A stretch of DNA of 64,000 nt from a virus (Duplodnaviria; Caudoviricetes). This document shows positions 38,663 through 48,819 of the stretch, piece after piece; the stretch's first letter is position 1; each line of letters starts with the position of its first letter. Below the pieces are notes generated by a model. It was not told where the DNA came from. It was given only the letters and a program-made list of their open reading frames with translations, and made no database searches. A program made the translations under genes and the position numbers. The stretch is taken from IMG/VR virus record IMGVR_UViG_3300024283_000010, positions 11,910-75,909 of that record. The stretch is one strand, 5' to 3'.

Positions 38663-39610
38663 ATGCAAGTATTATATTATTCCCCTACAACTTGGAGCAA
38701 TACTGATTTTTACCGCACTACGGGTGTACTCCCTTTCATTAATCACCCTGACATTATAACCAGAGATGTATCGCATTATGGTGGAATTAACCAATACGAT
38801 ATTGAAGGTGCAGACGTCCTTATCATACAAAGGCCGGGAACGCCAAATGGCTTGCAAATGATAAGGAATGCTAAGTTGGCAGGGTTGAAGGTAATTACAG
38901 ATTTTGACGACAACGTGATTAGTGTAAATTTCCTGAACCCGACTTATCCGCAGTACCAGCAACAACGAGACATAATTTTAAAATGTATTGAACTATCGGA
39001 TGAGGTTTGGGTAAGCACACAATCAATAAAAGAAAGTTTCGGAAGGGGAGTTGTGATACCCAACGCTTTGAATGAGGATATTATGGGTAAGTGTGCTAAA
39101 TTTAACAAGGGTTCAAATAAAATAGTATGGAGAGGCGGGTCTTCACATGAAGGCGATTTATACGAAAATGCCGATAATATTGTTGAGATGGTTAATACTC
39201 ATACTGAATTAGACTTTTATTTCATAGGGCATAGATTTACTTATTTTGAGCAACGGTGTGGAGATAACTACAATTCGGTTGAGGGAATGCCAATAATGTC
39301 GTATTTCAGCTACTTGAAGCAATTAAAACCACTTGCAATAATATTTCCACTTTCAGATCATCTATTAAACAGAGGTAAAAGCAACATTTCATATTTGGAG
39401 GCTACTTTGGTAGGTGCCTCTTATTTTGGTAACACGACATTGCCGGAGTTTGATAAAATTGAAGTGCTACCATTGGGTCTATTTGATGATTACATCAGCA
39501 ATGAGGATGTATTATCAAAAACACATGCTGCCGCTATAGGTGATGTTCAGAAAAATTTCTTACTTTCGGATATAAACAAGTTAAGAATAGAGTCACTTTT
39601 GAACATATGA
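38663..39610 (+). CDS. GT-B-fold glycosyltransferase-like protein
   Basis: ADVLIIQR...VITDFDDN...SDEVWVST...VIPNAL...IVWRGG.SH...KSNISYLE. Confidence 0.75.
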   Translation: MQVLYYSPTTWSNTDFYRTTGVLPFINHPDIITRDVSHYGGINQYDIEGADVLIIQRPGTPNGLQMIRNAKLAGLKVITDFDDNVISVNFLNPTYPQYQQQRDIILKCIELSDEVWVSTQSIKESFGRGVVIPNALNEDIMGKCAKFNKGSNKIVWRGGSSHEGDLYENADNIVEMVNTHTELDFYFIGHRFTYFEQRCGDNYNSVEGMPIMSYFSYLKQLKPLAIIFPLSDHLLNRGKSNISYLEATLVGASYFGNTTLPEFDKIEVLPLGLFDDYISNEDVLSKTHAAAIGDVQKNFLLSDINKLRIESLLNI

Positions 39611-40413
39611 TTGACACCATTGACCTAAAAACCGCTGTTATACAGTTTAACTACGTGCTTATAAAAGCAGACCATAGGTATGATTACCATGAAATACCAA
39701 CACCTGACGGAAAAGTAAGCCTTCAATTAGCCTATTTCAACCAAGATAACTCAAAATACCTGTCTATAAGCGGGAAAGTGCTGTTACTACCTCAATCAAA
39801 GTGGTTTTTTGCCAATAAAGACGATGGGCATGGTGATGAATTTAACGCTATGGTTCGAAACTCACTGGAATTTGACGCCAACTTTGATGTCAGGGTTGGC
39901 GATAGGGTATTTTTTGACTATCGGGAGCAAATTGACGCTGAATCAGAGATAAGATTGGTAAGAACGGCTGATTATGGGCTATGTGTGTTAGTCAGACAGG
40001 ATAGAATCTACGGGGTGCATGAAAATGGCGACTTACGACCTGTAAATGGATACGTTTTCTTTTACCGAGACCAGTTACCTGACGAACTAGAGTTAAGCAG
40101 TGGTATTTTACTCACAAGAAAGCAAAATAAGTACGGTTTAAACACCGCGACAGTACTAAACGCTGATGAACCTTGTAAATCTCACTTAGAACACGAGGAT
40201 GAGCCTGGTATTGAACTTCAATCGGGTGACAGGATATTGCTGATGAAAAACCGGGGCTTTAGAATAAGTTATGAGGTGGGTAATGAAGACTTGAGAAATA
40301 TTGAAGTATGCCAACGGAAAGATATTTGGGATAAATGGGACAATATTTTAGGTTGTATACGGGAGTACGAACACAGGAAAGCAATCAGGGAATTTGAAGG
40401 AGTGCCGATATGA
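39607..40413 (+). CDS. Tandem GroES-like domain protein
   Basis: Two GroES-like units: YVLIK...SGKVL...VRVGDRVFF and LRPVNGYVF...LSSGILL...LQSGDRIL. Confidence 0.65.
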   Translation: MIDTIDLKTAVIQFNYVLIKADHRYDYHEIPTPDGKVSLQLAYFNQDNSKYLSISGKVLLLPQSKWFFANKDDGHGDEFNAMVRNSLEFDANFDVRVGDRVFFDYREQIDAESEIRLVRTADYGLCVLVRQDRIYGVHENGDLRPVNGYVFFYRDQLPDELELSSGILLTRKQNKYGLNTATVLNADEPCKSHLEHEDEPGIELQSGDRILLMKNRGFRISYEVGNEDLRNIEVCQRKDIWDKWDNILGCIREYEHRKAIREFEGVPI

Positions 40414-40940
40414 GATACGACGCCACCATAAAAGAAAAATTGACTGATAAATACCCGTCATTACGGGGTATAACCGATGATGATAAGCTATTACGGGTGG
40501 TTTTATTCATGATAGACGAGGAAAGCCCATACTTACAGGCAGACAGGGATAATTACGAGGGAAGACTGAATAAAATACTCAAAGATTTAAAGGCCGAATA
40601 CCCCGATATTGTTTCAGGTGAAAACACCGAGTATAACCGTATAGCCACGGTAATTTTCAGCATGATGGATAATTTGGCTTACGTTATGTGGCAGTCTAAA
40701 CTCATCAACTTCCACCAACTTAATATGTTCCTGCGCCAACCTATGAAGGTGGATGACATAGAGAAAACGGTAAAGGACAGGCTGAGTATAGAAAAGCAGT
40801 TACCTGATATTCACAAGTCATTGGTGGACTACGAAAAGCAAATATTCCCCGATGCTGAAACAAGGAAAGTAGTACGTCAGGAAACAGCAAGGTTATTACA
40901 ATATGCTGAAAAAAACGCGGTAAATAAAACAACGATTTGA
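40410..40940 (+). CDS. Hypothetical protein upstream of TerL (candidate small terminase or packaging accessory)
   Basis: Position and coupling only. Confidence 0.45.
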   Translation: MRYDATIKEKLTDKYPSLRGITDDDKLLRVVLFMIDEESPYLQADRDNYEGRLNKILKDLKAEYPDIVSGENTEYNRIATVIFSMMDNLAYVMWQSKLINFHQLNMFLRQPMKVDDIEKTVKDRLSIEKQLPDIHKSLVDYEKQIFPDAETRKVVRQETARLLQYAEKNAVNKTTI

Positions 40941-43054
40941 AAAAGTATACAGCGGATTGGTCGGTAGTGAGCGGGTACACAGAGTTTGGCGGGTACAAAA
41001 TACCACTACCAAGTATGCCACCACTAAAAGATATGGTCAACTATGGCTTGCCTGAGAAAGACCAAAAATTTAGACACACTGAAATACCTAAATCATTATT
41101 ACATCGTAAGAACCGTGTCACTAAGGAAGAAGAAGAATGGATACAGAACGAGTGGCACAAGCGAAAGAACGGTATATGGATAATCATCAAAGGGAAACCA
41201 CTCTATTTTACAGGCCCTTACTACTTCTTTCTTAACTACTGGTGGACAATAAAAAATATCCATCCCGGTTTTCGTTATTTTCAGTGCTGTGTATTCCAGT
41301 TATGGAACATGGTGGTGCGTAACGTAGATTGCTACGGGCTATTCCTTATCGGTCCTCGTCGAGGCGGTAAGACGGAGTTTACATTAGGGGAAGAATACGA
41401 GTTCTGTAGCCGCGTCAGGAACGTTCAGGGACACAATCAGTCCAAGAACGATGAGGAAGCCTACAAAAACTTTAAGCGCATTACACGGGCTAATAAGAAG
41501 ATGATTTGGTTCATGAAGCCGGTTCATAAAGGCAGTGATGACCCGGAAGATCGTTTGGAGTTCTTCTACCCATCCGAGCGTATGACCGATGCCAAGATGA
41601 AAGGCATGGCTGAAAAGGATGCTGATATTGACGAGGTAAAGTATAGCGAGGAAGAATTAGCGTCAAAGATCGATTTTGAACCGGGGAAGGCAAGTGCCTA
41701 TGATGGTCAGGAAACAAACAGGGGCATCCTGAACGAAGCGGGCAAGCTGGAAACAATGTCACTGATAAAGTGGTGGGAAGTATTCAAGCCTACCCTTCAT
41801 TATTTTGATGGGGCGCAGATTGTTGGGAAGTGTTGGGTAGAAAGTTCAATTGAGGAGATAGATGACAATCAGATTGAGGAAGTAAACACTTTTTGGAGGG
41901 ATAGCAATCAGGATGAACTAAACGAAAATGGGCGTACCACTACAGGATTGTGGCGGGTATTTATAACTGTGGAAGATGTGGCTGAACCCGATGATTGGGG
42001 CTTCCCTAAGCGTGAAGAAGCTAAAATGCGTTTAGAGCGTGAGATAGCTAACTTACGGGCGAGAGGTAAAGAAAAAGCGATAGGCTCATTACTAAGGAAA
42101 TCGCCTCGTACTATTGAAGAAGCGTTAACACCAAGCGGGGAAAAAGGCTCTTTTAACAGGGAACGCCTGATAGACATATTACAGCGCTTAGATCACCCTG
42201 AGTCTTACGGACTACCAAATAAGGAATGGACAGTAAGGGGTAACTTTGAATGGGTTAATGGGCAAAGGGACTCTAAGGTAATATTCAGACCGTGTGAAGA
42301 CGGGAAATGGGAAGTATCGCAGTTGCTGAAAGACGGTAAGGATAACCTGAGTACGATTATGGGTGGTATCCGTTATCCCGGTAATATACGAAATTTCAGA
42401 GGTGGATGTGACCCGTTTGAGCATGATATAGCAGAAATAGTTGACGCTAACCGGGCATCTAAAGGGGCAGGAATGATATTCAGGATGTATGATGATATGG
42501 TTGATGGGGCAAAGAAGCATGATGACGGGACGCCTATAGATTTTGGTTTTGAATGGGAAAGCAATCAGGTGGTAGCAGACTACCTGTTCAGGGAAGAAGA
42601 CCCAAATGTATTCTTTGAAGATATGATTATGATGCACGTTTACTATGGTACGCAGATGAACGTGGAAAATAACAAACGGTCTATCAAAGGCTATTTCCGG
42701 GCAAGAGGTTATGCCGAATACCTAATGGACAGGCCAGAAAGCACTTTCGACAGCAAATCATACGAGGCTAAGAATATTAAACAGGTAGGTACTCCGGCTA
42801 CAGAGGATACGATAGACCAGTACTTTATGGCTATATCTCACTACGTCATGAACTTTAGCAACGCTATCAAACACAGGCGTATTGTGATAGATCTTTTGAG
42901 TTTGAATAAAAGCAAAAAGTCAAGAACTTCGCATGATTGCGGCGTGGCATTTGGCTGGACACTTTTAGCAAAGGAAAAAATGTACAATCGTTTTCCGGGT
43001 GAGGACTTGGAAGAAGTGGAAGGTAATACGTGGTTTACCTTCGTAAAGGCATAA
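40937..43054 (+). CDS. terL: Terminase large subunit (TTG start)
   Basis: Walker A IGPRRGGKT; Walker B GILNEAGK; RNase H-like GGCDPF, VENN, HDCGVA. Confidence 0.92.
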   Translation: MKKYTADWSVVSGYTEFGGYKIPLPSMPPLKDMVNYGLPEKDQKFRHTEIPKSLLHRKNRVTKEEEEWIQNEWHKRKNGIWIIIKGKPLYFTGPYYFFLNYWWTIKNIHPGFRYFQCCVFQLWNMVVRNVDCYGLFLIGPRRGGKTEFTLGEEYEFCSRVRNVQGHNQSKNDEEAYKNFKRITRANKKMIWFMKPVHKGSDDPEDRLEFFYPSERMTDAKMKGMAEKDADIDEVKYSEEELASKIDFEPGKASAYDGQETNRGILNEAGKLETMSLIKWWEVFKPTLHYFDGAQIVGKCWVESSIEEIDDNQIEEVNTFWRDSNQDELNENGRTTTGLWRVFITVEDVAEPDDWGFPKREEAKMRLEREIANLRARGKEKAIGSLLRKSPRTIEEALTPSGEKGSFNRERLIDILQRLDHPESYGLPNKEWTVRGNFEWVNGQRDSKVIFRPCEDGKWEVSQLLKDGKDNLSTIMGGIRYPGNIRNFRGGCDPFEHDIAEIVDANRASKGAGMIFRMYDDMVDGAKKHDDGTPIDFGFEWESNQVVADYLFREEDPNVFFEDMIMMHVYYGTQMNVENNKRSIKGYFRARGYAEYLMDRPESTFDSKSYEAKNIKQVGTPATEDTIDQYFMAISHYVMNFSNAIKHRRIVIDLLSLNKSKKSRTSHDCGVAFGWTLLAKEKMYNRFPGEDLEEVEGNTWFTFVKA

Positions 43055-43119
43055 AAATTGAATTATTATTGTAATTTAAAAATACTATATTTATCACCCA
43101 TTAAGCACATAGCTAAAAA

Positions 43120-45456
43120 ATGGATAAAGTAAAATACGCCTCGGTATATGTATCGGAACAAAAATACCCCTTTCCTGACGAGGCAAATCCAGTAAAAGAC
43201 GAGGGATATTTCTTGGCTGCCTGTAACGCTATGTGTTCAAAATACTTTATGAACCGTTGTGCGTTACCTTACGATGGGTGGGGAGTGCGCAGGTCAATAG
43301 CTGAACTAAGGGCGTACCGTCACGGCAGGAACAACATCAACAAGTATAAGAACTGGATGATAGGAATGCCTGACCAATCAGGCGAACGAAAAACAACACT
43401 AAACATTTCATGGGATATGACACAGGTATTGCCGCAAAAGTGTGATGCAGTGCTTGGTTTCCTGATGAAAAATAAATACGACATCAACGTTCAGGCAAGT
43501 GATTACGAGGCGTTGATGGATAAAAAGACAAAAGTTGCCATTGCTAAGATCGTAACCGATATTCGATTGGGCAACCTGCTCCAAAACGTAAATGCTAATC
43601 ATACCGTAAACCTTGCCGCACCAAAACCACCTGTAGCTAATAACTCCGTACCCATAAACTCACCAGAAGATGTTGATTTGGCTCAATCGATAGGACTGTT
43701 TATGTTGGAAGAAGAAGCGGCTTTAGAGAACTTGATTGATACTACCCGTTATATTTCTAAAACAGAAGGGATAGAGGATTTAATTAATGATGACCTGATT
43801 ACTTGTGGTTATTCAGCAAGGCGCGTGTTTACCAATCCTAATACCAACGAGGTAGAGGAAGGCTATGTTGATGTTGAAAGGGCAGTATTCCCCAACAGCC
43901 AGTACAGAGACTACAGGGATGCCTCTTGGGGTGGCTGGTGGGAGAGTATCAGTATAGCTGAACTGCGAAGAACAAGTAACTTAAAAGACAGGCAAATAGT
44001 TGAGATAGCCAGTAAGTACAGGGATAATAACATCGCTAACTTTTACACATCCCTACAAACCAATAACAATCAGTTTGACTTCAGGATGATCGACCAGATA
44101 CAGGTCGATGTGTTCAGGGGCTATTGGATAGGCAGTAAGTCAAAAGTAATAACCAGTGTAACTAATAAAAAAACAGGTACATTGGTAGTGAATGAAGTTG
44201 CAGCCGATTATACTTTAGATAAGCAAGGGATAAAGGATGGGAAAACGGTAGACGCTTTTTCAAACATGACGGTGTATAAAGCAAGTATGGTGCTTGGGAG
44301 TGCTTATATATTTGACTACGGAGAGGATACCGATATTAACTACAAGACCGAAGGCGGTAAAAAATGGCCGTTATTCCCTCTAAAATTTACCCGTACAGGC
44401 TCTACAAGCATCGTAGAACGCTCTATCCCTTTTGTAGATGATGCACAACTCATCATGCTAAAACTGCGTGTAGCGAGGGCTAAAATGCCTGCACCACCTA
44501 ACTTAGCTATTGATAAAGGCGCATTGGAGGGCATGAAGATTGACGGAGTATCATACAAACCACAGCAACTGCTTAAAATCCTTCAAGACGAGGGTTACTT
44601 ACTGATGGACACTAAAAATCAGTGGGGGCAAAATCAGGGTGCAGGCAGACCCGTAGTACCAATTGGAACAGACCTGATGCAGATAATCAGTGCATGGTGG
44701 GAAGATATGGGTAGGGTTATTGGCATGATTGAAAAAGTTACTGGGGTCAATGATATTTTCGCAGCACAGACACCGCATGAGCAGACAGGGTTGGGGGTGA
44801 GTAAACTTCTTTTAGAAGGGGCGCAAAATTCATTGACGCCACTTATAAACGCAGTAGTGCAGATGACACAGGCAACCTACGAAGTAGTGTCAAGTAAATG
44901 GCAATGTGTGGCTAAGTATGCTACACCTGAACAGAAGAAAAAGTTAAGCATATCCCGTTCATTAGAAATTGTTGCTGTAAGTGAAAAGATATTTGACTAC
45001 GATTTTGATACACAAATAGTTCCCGGAATTGGGGAAGCTGAGCGTCAGCAGATGCTACAAGACCTTATGCAAATGCGTGCCGCGGCCAGAGCCGGAGGAA
45101 TACAATCTATGAATGAGCAAGATTATCTCATAATTGAAAACATGCTCAGATCAGGCAAAACCAAACAAGCTCAGATATATACGGCCTTTGCCATAGCTAA
45201 ACGCCAGCAACAAGCCAAAGACGAGCAGATGCAGGCTATACAGGCAAACGGCCAGCAACAACAAATGTCACAGCAAGCTAAAGGACAAACCGATGCCCAG
45301 TTACAACAGCAAGAAACACAGAATGAAGCAGCATTACAGGCTCAAAAGGGTCAACAGCAAATGCAGCAACTGATTCAGAAAGAAATCATTCAAGGGCAAA
45401 ACAGGATAGCTGAAATAAGGGCTAAGGCTTTGTACGAACCCCGTAAAATAGCATAA
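43120..45456 (+). CDS. Portal protein
   Basis: 778 aa after TerL; helical body with Gln-rich C-terminal barrel typical of podoviral portals. Confidence 0.85.
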   Translation: MDKVKYASVYVSEQKYPFPDEANPVKDEGYFLAACNAMCSKYFMNRCALPYDGWGVRRSIAELRAYRHGRNNINKYKNWMIGMPDQSGERKTTLNISWDMTQVLPQKCDAVLGFLMKNKYDINVQASDYEALMDKKTKVAIAKIVTDIRLGNLLQNVNANHTVNLAAPKPPVANNSVPINSPEDVDLAQSIGLFMLEEEAALENLIDTTRYISKTEGIEDLINDDLITCGYSARRVFTNPNTNEVEEGYVDVERAVFPNSQYRDYRDASWGGWWESISIAELRRTSNLKDRQIVEIASKYRDNNIANFYTSLQTNNNQFDFRMIDQIQVDVFRGYWIGSKSKVITSVTNKKTGTLVVNEVAADYTLDKQGIKDGKTVDAFSNMTVYKASMVLGSAYIFDYGEDTDINYKTEGGKKWPLFPLKFTRTGSTSIVERSIPFVDDAQLIMLKLRVARAKMPAPPNLAIDKGALEGMKIDGVSYKPQQLLKILQDEGYLLMDTKNQWGQNQGAGRPVVPIGTDLMQIISAWWEDMGRVIGMIEKVTGVNDIFAAQTPHEQTGLGVSKLLLEGAQNSLTPLINAVVQMTQATYEVVSSKWQCVAKYATPEQKKKLSISRSLEIVAVSEKIFDYDFDTQIVPGIGEAERQQMLQDLMQMRAAARAGGIQSMNEQDYLIIENMLRSGKTKQAQIYTAFAIAKRQQQAKDEQMQAIQANGQQQQMSQQAKGQTDAQLQQQETQNEAALQAQKGQQQMQQLIQKEIIQGQNRIAEIRAKALYEPRKIA

Positions 45457-45743
45457 AACAACTTACTGACTATGTTGTTAATATCTCATGAACATTACAG
45501 AGATATGGATTGTGATTTCAACGATTGTTTTCACTCTCGCAGCATTCAGCTATCCTAACACAGCTCCCTATTATTGGGGATTTCGTGGATTTGCTATAAT
45601 ATTGGCAATCATTGGATGGTTTCTTGTATTCAAGAACTTTATTCATTAAAAAACCCAACCGGATGGAGTATCGCATGTTGGGTCAATTATAAACCTGATC
45701 TGATGAGAACCTAAATCTAATTACAATTTTCTGCAATTGCAAC

Positions 45744-46736
45744 TTACCTTAATAGGTATTTAAACCACTGTGTCACTGAATGATTATGGTAATGATCTAA
45801 GTCCCTGATATTATCTTCAACTAAGTGCGCCCTGTGTGAAATAACGTATTCAATAACGTTGGCTATATGTCCCTCGCTATTGGGATCGGCTTTTTTACAG
45901 TGCAACCATTCTATTGCCTCACTAACCACTACAGGCACATGCATCCAAATACAATCCGCTGTAACAATATTAAATGTTTCAGTAAACGAAACCTGCATAC
46001 AGGCATCCATTGTGCCTATAAGTTTTAAAAAGTCATGGTGTTCAAGCCAGTCAACTTCTACTAACCTGTGGCGCGTTCCTTCAAATAAGGCACGTATATT
46101 TTTCAGTATATTCTCTCCGCGCTGTTCTACCCTTGATGCGTTGATGTAGAAATGTACAACCGCGTTACGTCTTTCAGCAAATAAAATAGCTGCCATTGCC
46201 TGACTTAGCTGATTTTTAAAAGGACGTATAGCACCGAAGCAACCAATCTTATACATATGTTTATTAGGCAACTCGCCTACACCGCGCCATTTTAAAGTTG
46301 GGTAGATATTTGGTAGATAAACATTACGAATACCTATTTCATTAAAGTCTTCACTTGTTTGAGCATGGTTGAAGGAAACTACGGATACTTTCTCATATTC
46401 CCTTATCCACTCAACAGCGTTTCCTTCATGCGCTAAGAACGGTGTACGGCTGTGTACACGGGTTACAAATCTTACATTAGGGTGAAGCCGTATTAATTCT
46501 TTTAACTTTGCAGGACGCACCCAAATAGCCTCAATTATGCATATATGTGGCTTAAACTTGTATAAAAACTTGTCGCAGTCATTATCATCCCTGCAAAACT
46601 GCATCTCAGCACACACGTCAGGGAATTTATTGATTTCTTCAACTACGAAACGTGCCGAATTGCGAAGCCCTGATTTGGAGGGTTGGCACTGTTCTCCATA
46701 CTCTTGGGTAGTTTTGACCAGAAATAAAACTTTCAT
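45744..46736 (-). CDS. GT-B glycosyltransferase-like protein
   Basis: IGCFGAIRPFKNQ...QVSFTETFNIVTADC..VPVVVS (GT4-like E-x7 region). Confidence 0.75.
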   Translation of the reverse strand: MKVLFLVKTTQEYGEQCQPSKSGLRNSARFVVEEINKFPDVCAEMQFCRDDNDCDKFLYKFKPHICIIEAIWVRPAKLKELIRLHPNVRFVTRVHSRTPFLAHEGNAVEWIREYEKVSVVSFNHAQTSEDFNEIGIRNVYLPNIYPTLKWRGVGELPNKHMYKIGCFGAIRPFKNQLSQAMAAILFAERRNAVVHFYINASRVEQRGENILKNIRALFEGTRHRLVEVDWLEHHDFLKLIGTMDACMQVSFTETFNIVTADCIWMHVPVVVSEAIEWLHCKKADPNSEGHIANVIEYVISHRAHLVEDNIRDLDHYHNHSVTQWFKYLLR

Positions 46737-46752
46737 CCTATAAAGTTAAAAT

Positions 46753-46783
46753 AAAAAAGCCTCACTTTATAGTTAAGGCTTTT
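46753..46783 (-). terminator. Hairpin terminator
   Basis: AAAAGCCT...AGGCTTTT with A6 run. Confidence 0.55.
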
Positions 46784-46805
46784 ATTAAGTTATTGTTAAT
46801 TCTTA

Positions 46806-47012
46806 TTATCTCGGCCACTCTATCTGGCCTTTGATATACTGTTCCCTATCAGTTGTACAACACGTTACAGGAGTTGTAGGCAATACGGTTGTCGTGTAGT
46901 TTATCAGACTGTCCTTTGTAGATGCTGATTCATTGCCAAAATATTTTAGTTCTGTGGGTGGGGTTGCGGCTCCCGGTGCGGGAGGATACGAAACGGTGAT
47001 ATTACTTGCCAT
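46806..47012 (-). CDS. Small hypothetical protein
   Basis: 68 aa, Thr/Pro-rich. Confidence 0.5.
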   Translation of the reverse strand: MASNITVSYPPAPGAATPPTELKYFGNESASTKDSLINYTTTVLPTTPVTCCTTDREQYIKGQIEWPR

Positions 47013-47038
47013 GATTGTTTTTTATTTAAAGGTAGGAA

Positions 47039-47278
47039 TTATAATATAAAACGAACATCTAATGGACTAATTAAATGACAACCCTCTATTTCGACACTTG
47101 CCAGTTTATTATACAATACAGTTTTTCCCTGCCAACTTGAGTCTGCCTGTGTTCCTATTGCAACAATTCGGCCTGTATTTGGTTTTTGAACTGCACTGTC
47201 AGGAAGGAATAAACCCGAAGATAATTGGGTAATAGGTTCAGTTGGTTGTATAAGGATACGGTTGCCGAGTATTTTCAT
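47039..47278 (-). CDS. groES: Co-chaperonin GroES (Cpn10)
   Basis: ILGNRILIQP....LSSGLFLPDSAVQKPNTGRIVAIG. Confidence 0.88.
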   Translation of the reverse strand: MKILGNRILIQPTEPITQLSSGLFLPDSAVQKPNTGRIVAIGTQADSSWQGKTVLYNKLASVEIEGCHLISPLDVRFIL

Positions 47279-47397
47279 TTAGCATCCTCCCATCGACCTG
47301 AAACAAGGCGTTGTACTTTTCCACAGTGGGAACATTTGCGAGTTTTGTAGGCATGAAGCCACGTATGTGACAGGAAGAAACAGAATAGGTTTTTCAT
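47275..47397 (-). CDS. Small Cys/His protein (DUF1660-like)
   Basis: MKNLFCFFLSHTW...KCSHCGK, read manually. Confidence 0.45.
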   Translation of the reverse strand: MKNLFCFFLSHTWLHAYKTRKCSHCGKVQRLVSGRWEDAK

Positions 47398-47597
47398 AAT
47401 GAAAATTTTATGTCTAATACTTTTTGAAGTTGTTGCAATGTATATGTGGTTACGCTTTTAATAGTGCCACGTTCGATACCTGAAATAGTAAAAGTAGAAA
47501 TCCCGCAAAGTTCCTTTAGTTCAGATTGAGTAAGTCCACTTTTTTTTCGGGCTGTCTTTAACTGAATACTTAGTGATAATTGTTCTTCCACGTTCAA
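47394..47597 (-). CDS. XRE-family HTH regulator
   Basis: LKTARKKSGLTQSELKELCGISTFTISGIERG. Confidence 0.85.
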   Translation of the reverse strand: MNVEEQLSLSIQLKTARKKSGLTQSELKELCGISTFTISGIERGTIKSVTTYTLQQLQKVLDIKFSL

Positions 47598-47691
47598 ATA
47601 TAATAATAGTGATTGATAAATTATAGGAAAACCACATTTTTTTTATAGGTACACCTATAGCTATCTTTATACCAAACATAAAGATATATTT

Positions 47692-48807
47692 ATGCCCAAT
47701 GACACCTTAGACTTGTTAGAGCAAGCTGGCGTAATACAGAAACAACCAGACGCATCACAAACAGAAACAGTAAATACCCCTATACCCCCGGCAGAACCGT
47801 CAGCAGCGAGTGCTGAACCTGCCAAAGAAGCAGAACAGGCGCAAGCCCCACAATTTGACTTTGACGGAGAGTTGGTAAAGATTACCGATGGCAGAGTTAA
47901 GTCAAAAGAGGAACTTGCGGGCGTTTTAGAAAAGTACAGCCAGTTTGACGACTTTGAAAGCCGTTTACAGGCACTCGACAGCGAGAATACCGAACTAAAA
48001 GCCAAAGTAGCAACTGACCCGTTCGCAAATGATTTATCAAAAAAATTCAACGACCTGCTCAAAGGCGGCGCAAAACCCGAACAGGTAGATGCATTTCTGA
48101 AACTGAACAAGCATGACAGTTTTGAAAGTATGTCGGCTTATGATGTGAAGCTAATGGCACTACAAGTTAAAGAGGGACTGACAGAGAAAGAGGCTAAGGT
48201 TTACCTTGAGTCTTCTTATAAACTGAACCCCGACGAGCATGACGAAGATACTATTGCAAGAGAGCAAATCCGTCTTAAAGTAGATGCGAGAGGCGACCGG
48301 GAGTTCCTGACAGCCCATAAGGCACAGGTATCGCAAGCCCCCGCATCGGAATACGAACAACAGCAACAGATACAGGCACAAAAGCAGACAGAGCATATCG
48401 ACAGGTTAGCACCGTTAGCCAAGAACGCTTTACAATCAATCTCTTTCTCGAACATCAATATCAACGGGAAATCAGATGACAAAGCAATCACAGCCGACTT
48501 TACGCCGTCACAGGAAAGCATGTCTACATTACCTGATAAAGTAGCGCAGTTCATCAAATCTGAATGGGCAAATATACCCGCGAACGAAGATGGCGCAAAG
48601 CGCATATCAGATTTTGCTAAAAGTATACTGATACTCGAAAATCATCAGGCATGGCAGCAACACGCTGTTAACGTGGCTGAAAAGAAGATACGCGAGGAAT
48701 ACCACAACCCATCAGCCATACAAAGAGGCCAGGATAACACAGAACACGCAGGTAAATCAGACAGGGATAGTAGGGCAGCCGCTGTTAAGGAATATTACAA
48801 ACTTTAA
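47692..48807 (+). CDS. Capsid scaffolding protein (probable)
   Basis: Acidic, helical, disordered N-terminus; directly upstream of MCP. Confidence 0.7.
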   Translation: MPNDTLDLLEQAGVIQKQPDASQTETVNTPIPPAEPSAASAEPAKEAEQAQAPQFDFDGELVKITDGRVKSKEELAGVLEKYSQFDDFESRLQALDSENTELKAKVATDPFANDLSKKFNDLLKGGAKPEQVDAFLKLNKHDSFESMSAYDVKLMALQVKEGLTEKEAKVYLESSYKLNPDEHDEDTIAREQIRLKVDARGDREFLTAHKAQVSQAPASEYEQQQQIQAQKQTEHIDRLAPLAKNALQSISFSNININGKSDDKAITADFTPSQESMSTLPDKVAQFIKSEWANIPANEDGAKRISDFAKSILILENHQAWQQHAVNVAEKKIREEYHNPSAIQRGQDNTEHAGKSDRDSRAAAVKEYYKL

Positions 48808-48819
48808 CAACTTAAAAAA

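Noticed and set aside
45700-45707. CTGATGAG hammerhead ribozyme core
   Set aside because: No stem II followed by GAAA and no matching stem III or cleavage triplet nearby.
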